Source: the human T2T-CHM13v2.0 reference genome, Homo sapiens. From it: DNA of 64,000 nt. The DNA lies in NCBI RefSeq assembly GCF_009914755.1, contig NC_060947.1; one strand, given 5' to 3'. A model generated the notes under the pieces. That model was not told the DNA's origin. It did no database searches and saw only the letters and a program-made list of their open reading frames with translations. Position 1 is the first letter of the stretch, and each line of letters opens with the position of its first letter. A program made the translations under genes and the position numbers. Positions 30,728 through 44,868 of this stretch are shown here, piece by piece.

Positions 30728-32199
30728 CCAGTTTTCCGTCTTTCTCAGAAGCTTTTATATATGAAAATACAAATAACTACACTTTTGAATAAATTAAATA
30801 TTAGAAATGTTTTGAAGCAAATAAAAGACATTAGTAATAATATACTTCTAGGCATTTTTTCTTGGCATTTTAATTTTCTTGGCCACAAAAATAAATGCTT
30901 CATGTTTAATTGTATAGTCTCTAGTTGTTCTGCATAATTTGGTATGAAGACATATGAAAATTCCCCAGTTGCCACTATACTTCCATTTCTAAGATATTTT
31001 GGGAAATTAGTCATTCTGGAAAGCTAAAGTGTATACTCCTTTGAGCAATAAAATTTTATTTTTCATAAGTTTTCATCTTAGATGAAAATATTTCTGAACT
31101 ACCTTATTCACTCTCTTGAGTTGTTAAACAGGGAATAGAAAAATAAAGTGTTTTTATAAGAATGGGTCATCATTATAAACATAATTTAATAAATGGTGTT
31201 CTAATAATTGTGATACGGTGTCTGTCTCTTCATTAAAACACATTAAAATTTTTGCATATCCTTTTTATAGTTTCTCTTTTACTCTCCTTGTCTGTCATCG
31301 TTTGTCATGCTGTCAGTGGGCTTGCCTTTAGCAATTCCCTCTCACTCTTAATTTGCCGGGTTTTGTTGTTTTTCATTAGTTTGTTTTTTCTAATCTGGTA
31401 AAAGACCAGAATTTTCAGGAAAGGCCTGAGAGGTTTACTCATGACTCTATCATTTGGGCCTTACCTTGTAGATTTTGTGACACTTATTTTCTTGGATTTG
31501 CTGGAGGAATGATATATGTGAAGGATTACTACTGTGCCCTTTTACTCTAGTGATGATCTATAGTAGTTAAAATGGCTATTTTATTTCACACATGAACTGA
31601 GCAGTAGTGGAATGGAAAGTTGGATTAAAATCAACCTCTCTACCATGTGGACATATGGTTGTGGTGAAGTACAATTTATGGCAATAGTTGTTTAGTAAAC
31701 AAAACAACTGCCATCTTTTGCTTAATATTTAGTAAATAAGGCAAATAAAAACATTAGATGAAATATTAAATTATTCTTAACAACACAGAGCAAGCGGGGT
31801 TTTGGTTGGGAGAAGGAAAGAGTTGTTGTAGAGGTTGGGGACTCTTGGATAGAACAAACATTGGTATTCCACTCCCAGGTCAGTCTGTCAATTTTTGTGT
31901 ACCAGTGATAGACAAAGGGAAATCAGTGGGCCAAGTTCACCTCTGCTGATTTTACAAAGAAAGAGTTTTAAACTCAACTGTCTATACAATGCAAGATAAT
32001 CTGCTTTGCTCTGCCTTAACCAATCAGGCAGACCTAAGTGTATGGTAGAGGGAGAGAGTTCCTTCTCTGTCTCACATACTATAAGCTTCTGTATTACAGG
32101 AAGCAAATTTTCATCTTTTTAATTAACCAGCTTCTAGAACAATGCCTTGGACATAATAAGTGCTCAAATGAGTTGCAAAGTATTACCTCCACTTCTGTG

Positions 32200-34740
32200 T
32201 CCTAAAAAACTTTTGTGTAGATTTCATATTATTTATTTCTTAAATGCTTTGTAGCATTAATGAGTAAAGCAATTTGGGTCTGAAGATTTCTTTTAAGGAA
32301 GATTTTAATTAAAAATTCAATTTCTCTAATTAAATATAAAATATTAAGTTACTGTTTTTCTTTTACAATTAATTTTAGTAATTTCCAACTTTTAAGAAAT
32401 TGGTCCATTTCCTTTAAGTTATGGAATGTATAGTCATGTAGGTTAACTTTGTGAGTATACTGTTTAATGTCTGTACAGTCTATTGTGGTACATTCTCCCT
32501 CATTATGATATTGGCAATTTGTGTCCTCTCTCCTTTTTTTTTCTCTTAAGATCTAACATTTGGTTTCATTGCATTTGTTCATTGCTTTTCTGTTTTCTAT
32601 ATCAATTATTTATGCTCTTAGCATTATCATTTCCTCTTTATCCTTGTTTTGAGCTTAATTTGCTCTTCTACTAGTATTTTGTTAAAGTGACCCTCAAGTA
32701 ATAGATTTCAAGTTTTCTACGTATCCACTAAATTATCCTTTTATTTCTCCTCTACTGGCCTTTGTGCTATTATTGCTACACATTTTGCTTTTACAAATGC
32801 TACTAAATCCCAAATAAGTTGTTATTTTAAAAATTAAATTGTTATTGCTTAAAATGATTTTATAAATTAAAAGATCTTTCATTTGTACCCACATATTTAC
32901 TATTTCCAGTACTCTCCTTTCCATTATGTATGTTAAAATTTCAATTTGGTATTACTTTTCTTCGGTGTGATGATTTCCTTTAACAGTTTTGATAATGTAT
33001 ATCTGCTAGGGATGTATTTTATACTTTGGTATGAGTGGATGAACTTTTTTTAAATTTATTTTTTATAATTTTTTTAAATCTTATTATTATTATACTTTAA
33101 GTTTTAGGGTACATGTGCACAACGTGCAGGTTTGTTACATATGTATACTTTTATATTGCTTTTTTTATATATAAAATTCTAAGTTAACTTATTTTTTTCT
33201 TTCAGCACATTAAGAATGTTGCCCCATTGTTTTCTGTGTTGCATTGTTTCCGTGAGATATATCCTACCATTGTCATATTTGTTCTCCTATACATAAAGTG
33301 CAGTTATTTTCTCTGGCTGCATTTAAGATTTTCTCTTTTCTATGAATTTCAATTATTAGAGTATGAAATACCTTGGTGCCATTTTCTTCATCGTTCTTAT
33401 TTGTGGGATATATTGAGCTTCTTGGGTATGTGGGTTCATAGATTTCATCAAATTTGTAAAATTTTCAACTGTTCGTTTTTAGATAATTTTCTTCTACTTC
33501 CCACCTTCTGTGACTCAAAAAATATGGATGGTAGGTTGAATGACATTGGCTCACAATTCATTGTTGCTCCATTCATTTATTTCTCATATTTTTCTCTCTA
33601 CTTTTCATTTTGAATACTTTTTATTTGTATGTATTAAAGTTCACTATATTTTTTCTTCTGCAGTAGCTAATCTGCTGTTAAAACTATCCAGTGCATTTGC
33701 CATTTCATATGCTATATTTTGTCTCTAGAATTTCAATCAATGTGGATCTTTTAAAAAAATCTATTTTGTTCTAATCTTGCTTGTGCTTTCTTCTACCTTA
33801 TTGAACATATGGATTGCAGAAATAATAGCTGTTTTTTAATTCTTCTCTACTAATTTCACACCCTTTTTTATTCTGTTTTTCTTATTGCTTTCTCACAGGA
33901 ATATGGGTTGTATATTTTCCTATTTCTTTGCATGCTTGGTAATTCTTCGTTTAAAATCAGATATTATAAATCTTGTTTTTGGGTACTGTCTGTTTTTGTA
34001 GTATTTGAATATGTTTGCCTTTGTTTGGGGATATATTTAAGTTACTAGGAATTGGTTTGGTTCTTTTGAAGTTTGCTTTTGTCAGGCAAATCTAGAATTG
34101 CCTTTATTCTAGATCTAATTTGCTCCATTACTCAGGCAATACCCTTGTGAGGACTTTCTTAAATGCCTCTTGAAATATGATGTTTTCCAATCTGGCTAGT
34201 GGGAACATAACTATTCCTGGTCCTCCGTGAGTTCTGAGGATTGATTTGCCTGTTTCTTTATTGTGGTTCTTTCTCTGTCCTCATCAGTTTCATCACACAC
34301 TTGAGCTGATCATTATTCAGAAACTTGAAGGGTCCCTCAGCAGATTTCTGAAGCTCTCTCCATATGCAGTTTTCTCCTTCACTGTGCAATGTTCTCTCCA
34401 GTACACTGTTCCTCAAATTGTAGGCACCCTTGTACTTTCTGAACTCTGAACTATGTCTTCTCAACACAGAGAGACTCCTAGCCTTTTTGGGCTCCTTTCA
34501 CCTGAGCTATTGTCTGGAAACTTTCCCAAGGCAGTAAGTTGGGACATTCATAAGGCTCATCTTGTCTCCCTTCTCTCAAGAATCATGGTCCTGTGCTGCC
34601 TTTTGTCAAAGGTCTAAAATTCATTATTTTCTATTTTTTTCTGTTTTTGTTTGTTTGTTTGTTTGTGTTTAGATATTTAAGGTAAAAGAGGAAATCCTGT
34701 TACTGTTACTTCATCATTGCTACAAGCAGAAATTCAGGTG
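32200..34740 (-). mobile_element. Highly diverged L1M fragments (ORF2/ORF1/5' region)
   Basis: T-rich plus strand with reverse L1M-like motifs; boundaries approximate. Confidence 0.6.
33044..33148 (-). mobile_element. Tiny young L1PA 3' terminus (~58 bp plus tail)
   Basis: tatactttaagttttagggtacatgtgcacaacgtgcaggtttgttacatatgtatac matches the end of L1PA3-5-type elements as I know it. Confidence 0.88.
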
Positions 34741-34759
34741 ACCTTTTGGAGTGGTGGAG

Positions 34760-34970
34760 TGGGAATGCTTTAGGAGTCTGGATACCTCCATCCTATTAAG
34801 CTCTTAAGCTTCATTACTTGCTAGTCTTGTGACTTTAGCAGAGATAATTGACCTCTGGAACCTCAGTTCCTTCATCTGGAAAATGGGACTATAAAACCTG
34901 TCCTATTCTTCTTCAAATGATGTGTCATCTTCATTAAAATACTTAATAAACTGTAATGTGCTACGCCAAG
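34760..34970 (+). mobile_element. MIR
   Basis: acctctggaacctcagttccttcatctggaaaatggg core. Confidence 0.7.
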
Positions 34971-35273
34971 CCTATTTTTGTTACTAGTTAACATATCATC
35001 AACTGGCCATCAGTACTGCGAATAACTCTTTTAAAGTACATCAATCCACTCCTACACAATTTATATATGAACCTCAAATGAAGGATATGTACATTATGAT
35101 ATTATGATGGCAAAAAAAAGACTGATCCTGAGATCCCTGTCTATGCAATAAGAGTTTAATCTTTCAAAATGTTTAAGAATGTGAAAGTTAAGCCCAACAA
35201 ATAGCATCGTGTCCACATATGCATGGAAGCCACTCCAGAATTTTTTAGTACAAATTTAATATTACAAAAAGCT

Positions 35274-35471
<198 letters not shown>

Positions 35472-36124
35472 TCTCTATTTACTTTATTTTAAAATCATCT
35501 CACCAAGTTTTTAGATATTGTAAAAAATAAATTCCAGCATCTTCAAAGCATAAAGTCTAGTGACAGACATCTGTTTATTCTAATACTATGAGAGTATATT
35601 ATCTGTTTATTAAGCTAGAATTTACTGAAATGTATTGTACACATCTCTTATCTGTCTTTTTAGAGATAAAACTAACTTATATTGCTTAGGTGAAAATAGA
35701 AACAAAAGGAGATTTTAATAAAAACTTATCATATGATTTTCTCAGGGCACAAAGAAATTGTTCACTGACCTCGCTTTAAAACACACTTAAAATTATGTAA
35801 TTAATATTCAGTTTTGCCAGCTACATAAAACATATTCATAGTGACATGAACACAAATTGCAAGAAAATTTTATGTACACATACTCCACATAAATATATGA
35901 AAATATAAAGGGACATATATGTCTATAGCTACATCCCTAATGACTAAATTCTAAAGAAAGCTTCTACCAAATAAATGCATTAGCAAGTAAATATACTGGA
36001 TCTCAGAATGTTTAATCAATGATAAAAATGTATTAGCCTTTAATGACACTTGCTTTATTCACATGGTAATGTGTTCAAATAATATACACCTAAAACTATA
36101 AATACCTAATCATACCATCAGATA

Positions 36125-36400
36125 TCAGAAAGAATAAGTACCTAGTATTTGATAGCACAACAGGGTGACTATAGTCAAAATAATTTAATTATATATTTTA
36201 AAATAACTAAAAAAGTATAACTGAATTGTTTGTAACACAAAGGATAAACGCTTAAGGGAATGGATAGCCCATTTTCCATGATGTGATTATTATGCACTGC
36301 ATGCTTATATCAAAATATCTCATGTACCCCATAAATGTGTACACCTACTATGTACCCACAAAATTTAAAAATAAAAAAATTAAAAATACTAAAAAAAAGT
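36125..36400 (+). mobile_element. L1MA (1-3-like) 3' end
   Basis: tttgatagcacaacagggtgactatagtc...cacctactatgtacccacaaaa plus A-rich tail. Confidence 0.85.
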
Positions 36401-37059
36401 AAAAAGATCAATTTCAAATGGATAAACAGCTGAATGACAAAAACATAAATAGGGACTCAACTGAATGACTATTTCCTTTGGCTCTGTTTTTATGTAATCC
36501 CACATGCATCCATCCATACAAAATATATGACAGTGATATATGGCACTAATGACCAGTGATATACAGCGTCTCCGAATGAGCTAAGTAGTACCTTGATTCA
36601 TTCATATTCGTTGAGTAAATTTTGTTTCAATAAATTGTGTTTCTTTGTACATTTCTAGCCCTAAAAAATGTGCAGGTAAATCACTTCTATGTTTCACTGG
36701 AGAGTGTTTGTACTGCCACAACCATTGAAAGCTAACATTTCACAATCTTGCAAATCACAGTCTTGTTAATACTTTTAAAATGTAGGTTGTATTTTAACTT
36801 ACTAATGAGGGAAGTACATACACAAAGAGATAGACTATTTAATTATCTTACAACTCTCATTCCTGATTTTACATCAACCTGCACAAATTAAGGGGAAAAA
36901 GATTTAGTCACACATTAGAGGTTAGGGGGATATCCCTCAAAGTACACCATCAAGTGGTAAGTAGGTAACATTATATAAACATACACATATATAGTGTAGA
37001 AACAACATACAAACACACATGTATTTAGACAATGAAAATGTGAAAGCATAAATTTATCC

Positions 37060-37845
37060 CCATTGAGAAAAGGAAACTCTTGTACAACTTTGGTGGGGAT
37101 TTAAATTAGTACAGTCATTATGGAAAACAGTATAGAGGTCTCTAAAAAATTAAAAATAGAACTCCTACCACATATGATTCAGCAATCCCACTTCTCAATA
37201 TATAGCCAAAGGAAATAAAATCAGTATCTTGAAGATATATCTGCACTCCCATGTTCACTCACTGCAGTATTATTCACAATAGCCAAGATACGGAGTCAAC
37301 CTAAGTGTCTATCAACAGATGAATGGATAAAGAAAATGTGGCATATATACAAAATGGAATACCATTCAGCATTGACAAAGAAAAAATAATCTTGTAATTT
37401 GCAACTACATAGGGGAAACTCGAGGACTTTATATTAAGTGAAATAAGCCAGGCACAGAAAGACAAATACTGCGCGATCTCACATATGTGGAATCTAAAAA
37501 AAAAAAAAGTCAAATTCATAGAAGCAGAGAGTAGAATGGTAGTTATCAAGGCTGGAGAACAGTGAGGGATTGGGTAGATGTTGATCAAGGAATACAAAAT
37601 TTTAGTTAGACAGGAAGAATAAGTTCAAGAGATCTATTGTATAACATGGTGACTACAGTTAATAACAATGTATTGGATGCTTGAAAATTGCTAAGAGAGT
37701 GGATTTTACATGTTTTCACCACAAAATAAGTATGTGAGGTAACTGATTTGTTATTAGCTTGATTTAGCTGTTCCACAATGTGTACATATATCCAATCACC
37801 ATGTTACACACTATAAACATATATATTTTTGCCAATCAAATAATG
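37060..37845 (+). mobile_element. L1MA (8/9-like) 3' end
   Basis: ORF2 end and 3'UTR motifs (gaataagttcaagagatctattgtataacatggtgactac). Confidence 0.85.
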
Positions 37846-38119
37846 AAGGATTATCCCCACAAATACTTTAAAGAGTAAGAAAATGCATAATGTAATCATG
37901 CTCCAGACTTCTTGTCAAAAAAATAAAAATAAAGAAATTGCATAATGACTTAAAAGTCTCATAGAGTAGAACCCCAAATCTGATAGCCACAGGTAAAACT
38001 CCTCCTTTATTCTTCAAATGAAAAAAATAAAACAAAAACAAAAGATACTTAAGGCAGAATATCTCAAACAGAGATCCAAAGATAGATTTTGTCAGTGTAG
38101 GAAAAATTTTGCTTTTGTT

Positions 38120-38330
38120 TTTGGGGGTAGCCTCTAAAAGTTGGAAAAGCCAAGGAAACAAAACCTTCTCTAGAGGTGCCAAAAAGGAAAGTACTGCTGA
38201 CATATTTATTTTAACCCAAAAAGACCCATTCAGACTTGTGCCTTCTGGAACCATAAGATAATAAATTTGGGTTGTTCTAGGGCAATAATTTTGTGGTGAT
38301 ATATTATGGCAGCAAAGAGACAACATACCA
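38120..38330 (+). mobile_element. MLT1 LTR 3' fragment
   Basis: ggaaaagccaaggaaac...taagataataaatttgggttgtt...atggcagcaa pattern. Confidence 0.65.
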
Positions 38331-38711
38331 TTCCCCTTGAGGATGTTGGTGACAGTGAACCCAATACAACTATATTCTTCTGTAACACTCTGTTGAAAAG
38401 TCAAGTAATTAGGATAAATATCATTTCAATGGTAAAGCCATTGCTGTCACCAATGTGAGTGGATATACTCAGAGGCTTAGCGATTTTACCTATGACATTG
38501 GTGTAGTTTTTTTCTCTTAATGATACAATGCATACTTCAGAATGGAACAAAGCTGATCTGTATTTGTCATACAATGTATAATGGAGAATGCTTAGATCGC
38601 ATATTTCTTTACAAATGCGAAAACAGACAAAAGAAAATTCAAGTTTTTGTTTCTATGACCACCAGCTCTTAAAAGTCTCTGTTGTACAGGAAGTAAGATT
38701 TCACTTTACTT

Positions 38712-38882
38712 CAGTTCTTCTCAGACATTAATATACATATTAGTAAGTAACTGGGAGGTCTTGTTAAAATGCGGATTCTGATTCAGTATATCTAGTGTGG
38801 GGCCAGGAGATTTTGCAGTTTCTAAGCATCTCCCAGGTGGTGTTCATGCTACCACTCTATGGAACACACTTTGAATAGCAAG
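38712..38882. mobile_element. MER5-like hAT DNA transposon
   Basis: cttgttaaaatgcggattctgattcagta...ctcccaggtg...cacactttgaatagc. Confidence 0.75.
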
Positions 38883-39249
38883 GGAGGGATTCAACAATCC
38901 CTACCTGAGGCTCCATATCACAAACAATACTGAATTCAAAATGTTTCTCTCTGCATTCAGTATTACTAGTTGAGAGAAGAAAAATAATCTCAAACTGACT
39001 TCCAGCATCTTTTAACCATTTATTAGTGATGGAAGTGAGCCTAAATAAAGTGTCTGACTCATTACTTTATTAACTAACATAGATATTCAAAAATAAATTC
39101 ATGTGGCTATACTTTTGTCTTAGAATAATGAGGAGTCAGGACTGAGCATTCTAATACCTAATGTAATATTTCCCACTATTACAGAATATATTTCTTCTTC
39201 CACATTTTACAATGCCTGGATCTCTTCCAATTGTTGCTTTGTTGAGAGG

Positions 39250-39602
39250 TGATATGGTTTGACTCTGTGTCCCCACCCAAGTCTTATCTGGAATTGTAAT
39301 CCCCACATGTGGAGGGAGTAACCTGATGGAAAATGACTGGATCATGGGGGCGGTTTCCCCCATGCTGTTCTCATGATCATGAGTGAAATGGTGTAAAAGT
39401 GTTTGGCAGTTCCCACCTCGCTCTTACTCTCTCCTGCTGCCATGTAAGACGTGCCTTGCATTTCTTTCAACTTCCACAATGATTGTAAATTTCCTGAGGC
39501 CTCCCCAGCCATGTGGAACTGTGAGTCAGTTAAATATCTTTTCTTTATAAATTACCTAGTCTCGAGAAGTTCTTTATAGCAGTGTGGAAACAAATTAGTA
39601 CA
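39250..39602 (+). mobile_element. Solo MaLR LTR (THE1D/MSTA-like)
   Basis: tgatatggtttg...aattagtaca termini; 5-bp TSD agagg/agggg. Confidence 0.9.
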
Positions 39603-40052
39603 AGGGGATTTCAACACAACAAATTTTCGGTCTATGAAAGGGCAAAGCTATTTTGAAAATGCATCTCAGATAATTACTTTCTTAAATGGCACAGCTATTC
39701 CATCCATAAAACATACAATAGGTACATTAAGCTAGCCAAATAAGAAAATATTGAATCATTAAATTAGTGTATTAGAAAAGTTATATAATAATATAATCTA
39801 TGTTTTAATAAAATCCACTCATGAAGTGCTTTCAACATTGGTTGGTTTGACAGTAAGAAAGAATATGGGTTTATGTGCCTTCTGCCAGTGAAGCCATTGG
39901 AGGTCAGCACAATGAGCCCTTTCCCCTTAACTTCAGCCTTTATTTATGTAAAAAATGTCATCTCCACTAAGGAAAAAAAAAGGAAAATATTACAGGTATT
40001 AGAGGTTCAGAAGGAGAAAAGAAACTAGGGGAAAATATACATGTTATATGAC

Positions 40053-40109
40053 TGTGTGTGTGTGTGTGTGTGTATGAATTTACATATACGTGTGTGTGTG
40101 TGTGTGTGT
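40053..40109. repeat. Interrupted (TG)n microsatellite
   Basis: Two TG runs separated by a short spacer. Confidence 0.9.
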
Positions 40110-41179
40110 ATACACATAAATTTTTTGAAAAACAATGAAGATAGGCCTCACTGTAGCTCCTTAACTTATACCTGGTAGCTTAACAGTTGAGCATACAGTG
40201 TCTAGAATAACACCTGCCCTCAAATCCTGGCTTTGCCACTTAGTAGTATATGACCTTGCATGAGCACCATACACTAATATTTGCCTAATAACAAAAGTGC
40301 TTAGGGGAGTATATAAGCCACATGTTTGCATGACTGTTTTTAGAAGCTTGAAAGAAACTGTCCCTAACTCCAAGGGAAAAGAAGCTAAGGAGATAGTTTG
40401 CTAAATTTTGCCACCCTGACAATAATAGCCTCAAAGATTCTAAGGATCAACCCAAATGCACATATGTCTAGTTGTTAAATAATAGGACACCTTTTGTGAA
40501 ACAAAAGGTAAGACAGATATTGTTCTAGATTTCTTTACAGATGGAAGATGTAAGGTGAAGCATTTAATTGACTAACAGTATAATTTCATGTATCCAGTTG
40601 CCTTATACCTAGATCTCTGGTTTAATCCAGGCAATTTTGCCACTAGTTGGCACAAGAATGACCTCATTTGGACAGACAGGTTTCAACTTATTTCCTTAAA
40701 ATTTTATGCAGAATGGAAAGGTATTAGGATATCAGTGATAGCTTCTGAATATGCCAGTGTCTCAAGCTCCCTTCTTATGCATAATATATCTCTAGAATTA
40801 TCGATATTTGCTCCCAAACTAGTGTACCTAGATATAGTGTACTCAATACAAGTATATTAAGAAACCACCAATTTCAGTTTTAGCTCACTGACTCCACAAT
40901 AAAATAAAAATCAACAATTCAAATTTTATTTATTCTGTTGGAGATTACACTATAAAAATATAATTCCCTCTGGAAGTATGATACAATTTTAAAAGCAGAA
41001 GGAAATAAATGTTTTTAAAATGTATTTTATGCAAATTTTCATGCTATATTTTTTCAATCAAGACTGAGAGAGTGTGTTTTAATAAAATATCTAAAACAAA
41101 TGTAGGTATACACCATTTATTTGGGTAATCTTACAAATCTCTAACTTTGTAGAAGTAATATGGTGTTTATGGAATGTAT

Positions 41180-41180
<1 letters not shown>

Positions 41181-41218
<38 letters not shown>
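41181..41218. repeat. (CA)19 microsatellite
   Basis: Read directly. Confidence 0.95.
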
Positions 41219-41219
<1 letters not shown>

Positions 41220-41224
41220 CTCAG

Positions 41225-41620
41225 ATTCCAGAGATTTAGATCCTAGCTAAAGCTCTGCCAAAAGTTCATTATATTGACCTTAGTCAAGCATAACTTGGTG
41301 ATTAGAAGTCAAACCCGTGATTGGGTCTTGACTGTGACGTATAGTAGCTGTGTGGTCCTGGGAAAATCAACTGCTTTGAAATATGTTTTCTCATTTGTAA
41401 AATGGGAAATAATACTATACACTCTTTCATATAGATTTTGTGATGTTTAAATGTAATAAGATATATAAAGTTTTTAGCACAATGCCTGGCACTAAGTGCT
41501 TAATAAATATTAGTGTTTATTAATGCTAGTAAAGTACCTCACTTCTTTGGGCTTCAGATTCTTTACTTGTAAAATAAGGGGATTGGCTTATCACTATAAA
41601 ATCTCTCCCAACTTAAACTC
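41225..41620 (+). mobile_element. MIR fragments (nested or tandem)
   Basis: ttctcatttgtaaaatggg and gcacaatgcctggcactaagtgcttaataaat motifs. Confidence 0.7.
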
Positions 41621-42798
41621 TACAACTTAAATGAGAAAACCCAATGTCATCCTCCCAGATAGAAATTGTAAAACAAGCCTTAAAAAACGCATGTCACACT
41701 CAGTTTTTTTCATATTTTATTTTGGGCTCTCTAAACTTAACAGCATATTTCTAAGCACCACATTCTATCCAGAGTTGCTTAAGTTTGATCAGTTTTCTCT
41801 ATTGGTCTATGTGTAAATGTCTAGGAAAGTCTCAATTACTATGAAAGCTGGCTATAAGCTAAAACAGCTTTGAGGAGTTTCATATAATATAGGTAATCAG
41901 AGAAAAGGTCAAAGGATTTTCCCTTACAATGAATAACATTCATGGTTCACTTACAATTATCTACAATAATGATGTTCTAATTTACAGGTTAAAACACCCT
42001 TCAGACTGCTTTTAATCTATGTTTCTAAGTCAAAAACTTTTATGTGATATTGGGATGGTACCTCAAAGTGAGGCAGGAGCCAAAGTGAAATATGTGAAAA
42101 ACCTCTGTATGAAACCATAATCACACTGTCATTCAAGTAAAACTTGAGCTCTGCAGAAGAATGCAATTTGAAGCCTGAAGGATAGGAAAGTGACAACCAA
42201 TATATAATAGCAATTGTAACAACCATCACAAAGGTCATCTCTGATTCAAGAGATGTACACATGAAAACTATCAGGAATAATCAATATAAGATAGCAATTG
42301 TAGATAAAATGTAATAAAAAGTGAGTAATTTGTGTATTTTTAAAGATACATGATACAATGTCACCAAAGAGAAGTATAGAACAGTGGAATACCTCTTTAT
42401 TTAGTATTTTTCAAACTGAGAAGATTACAGACAGAACCTCTTCTGGGATAGTGTTCCCTCCCTTGATCTTGTTTATGAGGACATGATATATTTGAAGGCC
42501 ACCCAGTAAATAGAGATCTGTGTAATTTCTTTCCTCTGACTTAAATTCAGGTTTATTTAGTCATTGGAGGGTCTCTTGCCTGACCAACGATGAATAAGCT
42601 TTCACATGTATACAGTTCTCTCTATAAAAATACTGCTTCATTTCCCAGGAAATTGTTTTCTAGGGGAAAAAAAAAGAACATATATAGCTACAGCTATTTT
42701 GATTATTCAGTTAGGTGCTATGGGCAGATAATAAAGAAATGGATGTCATGGTCCCAACCCTTAAGGAAGGGTTTAAAATCCATTTGAGGATTCCAGTC

Positions 42799-42800
<2 letters not shown>

Positions 42801-42830
<30 letters not shown>

Positions 42831-42853
42831 CAACAACAACAACAACAATAACA
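42801..42853. repeat. Compound (CA)n(CAA)n microsatellite
   Basis: Read directly. Confidence 0.93.
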
Positions 42854-44244
42854 AAGGAGACAATACAAAGCAGCCTACAAGCAACTAACAAAGACAATAA
42901 TTGACGTGGGAATTCTAGGAAAAGTGAGGTCAGTAACACTTGCGTTAGATTAATTTGGAAGGCACTTGTGGAGGGGTGGAATTTGAGTTGAGTTTCCAAA
43001 GTGGGTAAGATGTGAATTATGTAGAAGGAGGACATCCTACGTGGAGGGGACAGTAATGGTATAAGGAGCAAAGATATAAAGGTAGATTGTTCTCACTAAC
43101 TGAACATTAAAGAGAGTTGTGCCCTGAAGAATAAAGGAAAATAAGGCTCCTGCATTACAATGAGGCCAGATTATGAAGTTCTTTAAAATTCGGGTGGAAT
43201 TAGGCTTGAAACAATAGAAAATAAGGGGCCAAGAATATGTTGGTTAAAGAAAGTGATTTGTTGAAAGAAGTGTTCACAGACCACTAAGGATTTGGGGCAC
43301 AGGTGAAGACTGCCTAGGAAGCTCCTACAGTGACTACATGGGTGCTGATGAGAATTTAGATTGTAAAGGAGGAACGTGTGAGAAGGCTTTCAAAGGAAAA
43401 TTTACCAGTACTTGATAATCCCTTAACTATGAGAAATAGAGAAAAATCCAGATTCCTCTGTAAAATTGTCAGGAGTCTATGATCAGACTGTGGAGGGCAA
43501 TTAATAACAATACTGTACAATCTATTCATCAATAATAGACAGGCAGGTTGTTCTTCATTGTTCCCCACAACTGCTGAGTAATAAAAGCCTTAATATAAGT
43601 AATATAACAGCCTTCCCAATGAAGGGGTGCGGGAAAGGGCTTCTCAAAATAATATTTGACTTCAGTGATTCTAGCAGAGACACAGAGGAAGAAGATGGAC
43701 TCAGCACCAAACTTGATATGGAGACTAAATATTTATAAGAGATTGTCCCAAGAAGAGAAAAAGGCAAGAAAGGAAAATTTCTTACTCTGAGCCTCCACAA
43801 TGGACTTCATTCTGAGTCTTTCCAAAGAATTTAAGGTTCAAAATCATTGTCACCTCAAATCAGAGCTCCTTTAAGATTAAAAGTTAGATTCATTTGAATA
43901 ATTAGTGTTTATTTTTCCAAACAGTTTCTTATCTGATAAACTTCTATTTCACAAATTCTTCTAGAGTTCATTCCGTTATTCAACATCTAATATCTGGAAA
44001 TTTAGAATGTGCCTTCTCAAATTTATAAGGCTCATTTTGAAGCTGGATTTACTCAGTAGGCCAGTTTAAACTAAATGGCAGATCTCTCCCCATCAACTGG
44101 TGCTTGAAACATCACAAGGCCTGGGATGTTCCCTGGGTCTCTACTTTCCAAATTCAGCACAGAAATGGCTCAGCCCCACCTCTTCCAGTGAAACCGAAAC
44201 AGCGCCTGTGCAAACTCCACGCCTATTCTCCTCACAGTGACCCA

Positions 44245-44389
44245 CCCCGCCCCCACCAAGGTGCTAATGCGCAGGCGCTACGCTCTCAGTGCCTTTGAGT
44301 AGGGCTGTGAGAAATCTACTGTCCAGTGAAATCTAGAAGTGGTAGAATTCAATCCCCTCCTTTCTTCGGAGGCAGAGGCGCCACTTCCT
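44245..44389. promoter_or_regulatory. Intron-1 motif cluster: GC box (44245-44254), NRF1-like TGCGCAGGCGC (44268-44278), ETS CCACTTCCT (44381-44389)
   Basis: Direct motif matches only. Confidence 0.5.
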
Positions 44390-44698
44390 CCTACTACCCG
44401 TCCAGAAGCGCGTCCCAAACATCGCTCTCTCTCCGAGCAAGGTCCTTCGCTCTCTGGCAATCCCCATTGTATCCCTATCCGCAGCTCGTTTCTAATCTCA
44501 CTCAGCCGCCAGCCTTCGCTAGGAGGATAGAGGCACTTGGCTCCCTAGGATCCGCACCAGTTTTTTGTCTGCCTGTTTAGGCCACGGAACCTATGGACCC
44601 CCCCACCCCCAACCTCGCCCCAAACTAGGAAAAGCATTATCCCGGTGCTTTGCCCTCCCTCCTTCGCCCTTCTCACCCACTTAGTGTTGAGTGCTTAC

Positions 44699-44810
44699 CT
44701 CGGGTGTGGTGCGGTTACGAAAGGAATCAGCGGAACCCAGATCAGGCCGCTGCTGGGGCAGGCGGATTCAGCGAGATTTTTCCTGGGTCTCCAGTGCCGC
44801 TTCAGACAAT
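44699..44810 (-). other. HDX: HDX non-coding exon 1 (5' end approximate)
   Basis: Strong donor GAG|GTAAGC at 44699/44698 in the only CpG-dense region of the window, just downstream of CRE and CCAAT elements; no ATG in the exon. Confidence 0.8.
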
Positions 44811-44848
44811 GAAATCAGCGTGTCCGATCATCAATTCTCATCATGATC

Positions 44849-44858
44849 GTGACGTCAC
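44849..44858. promoter_or_regulatory. Full palindromic CRE (GTGACGTCAC), CREB/ATF site
   Basis: Perfect TGACGTCA about 40 nt upstream of the presumed TSS. Confidence 0.75.
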
Positions 44859-44868
44859 AAAAGACAGC

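Noticed and set aside
37868-38404. 178-aa minus-strand ORF
   Set aside because: Non-ATG start, crosses an MLT1 fragment and AT-rich low-complexity DNA; no protein features.
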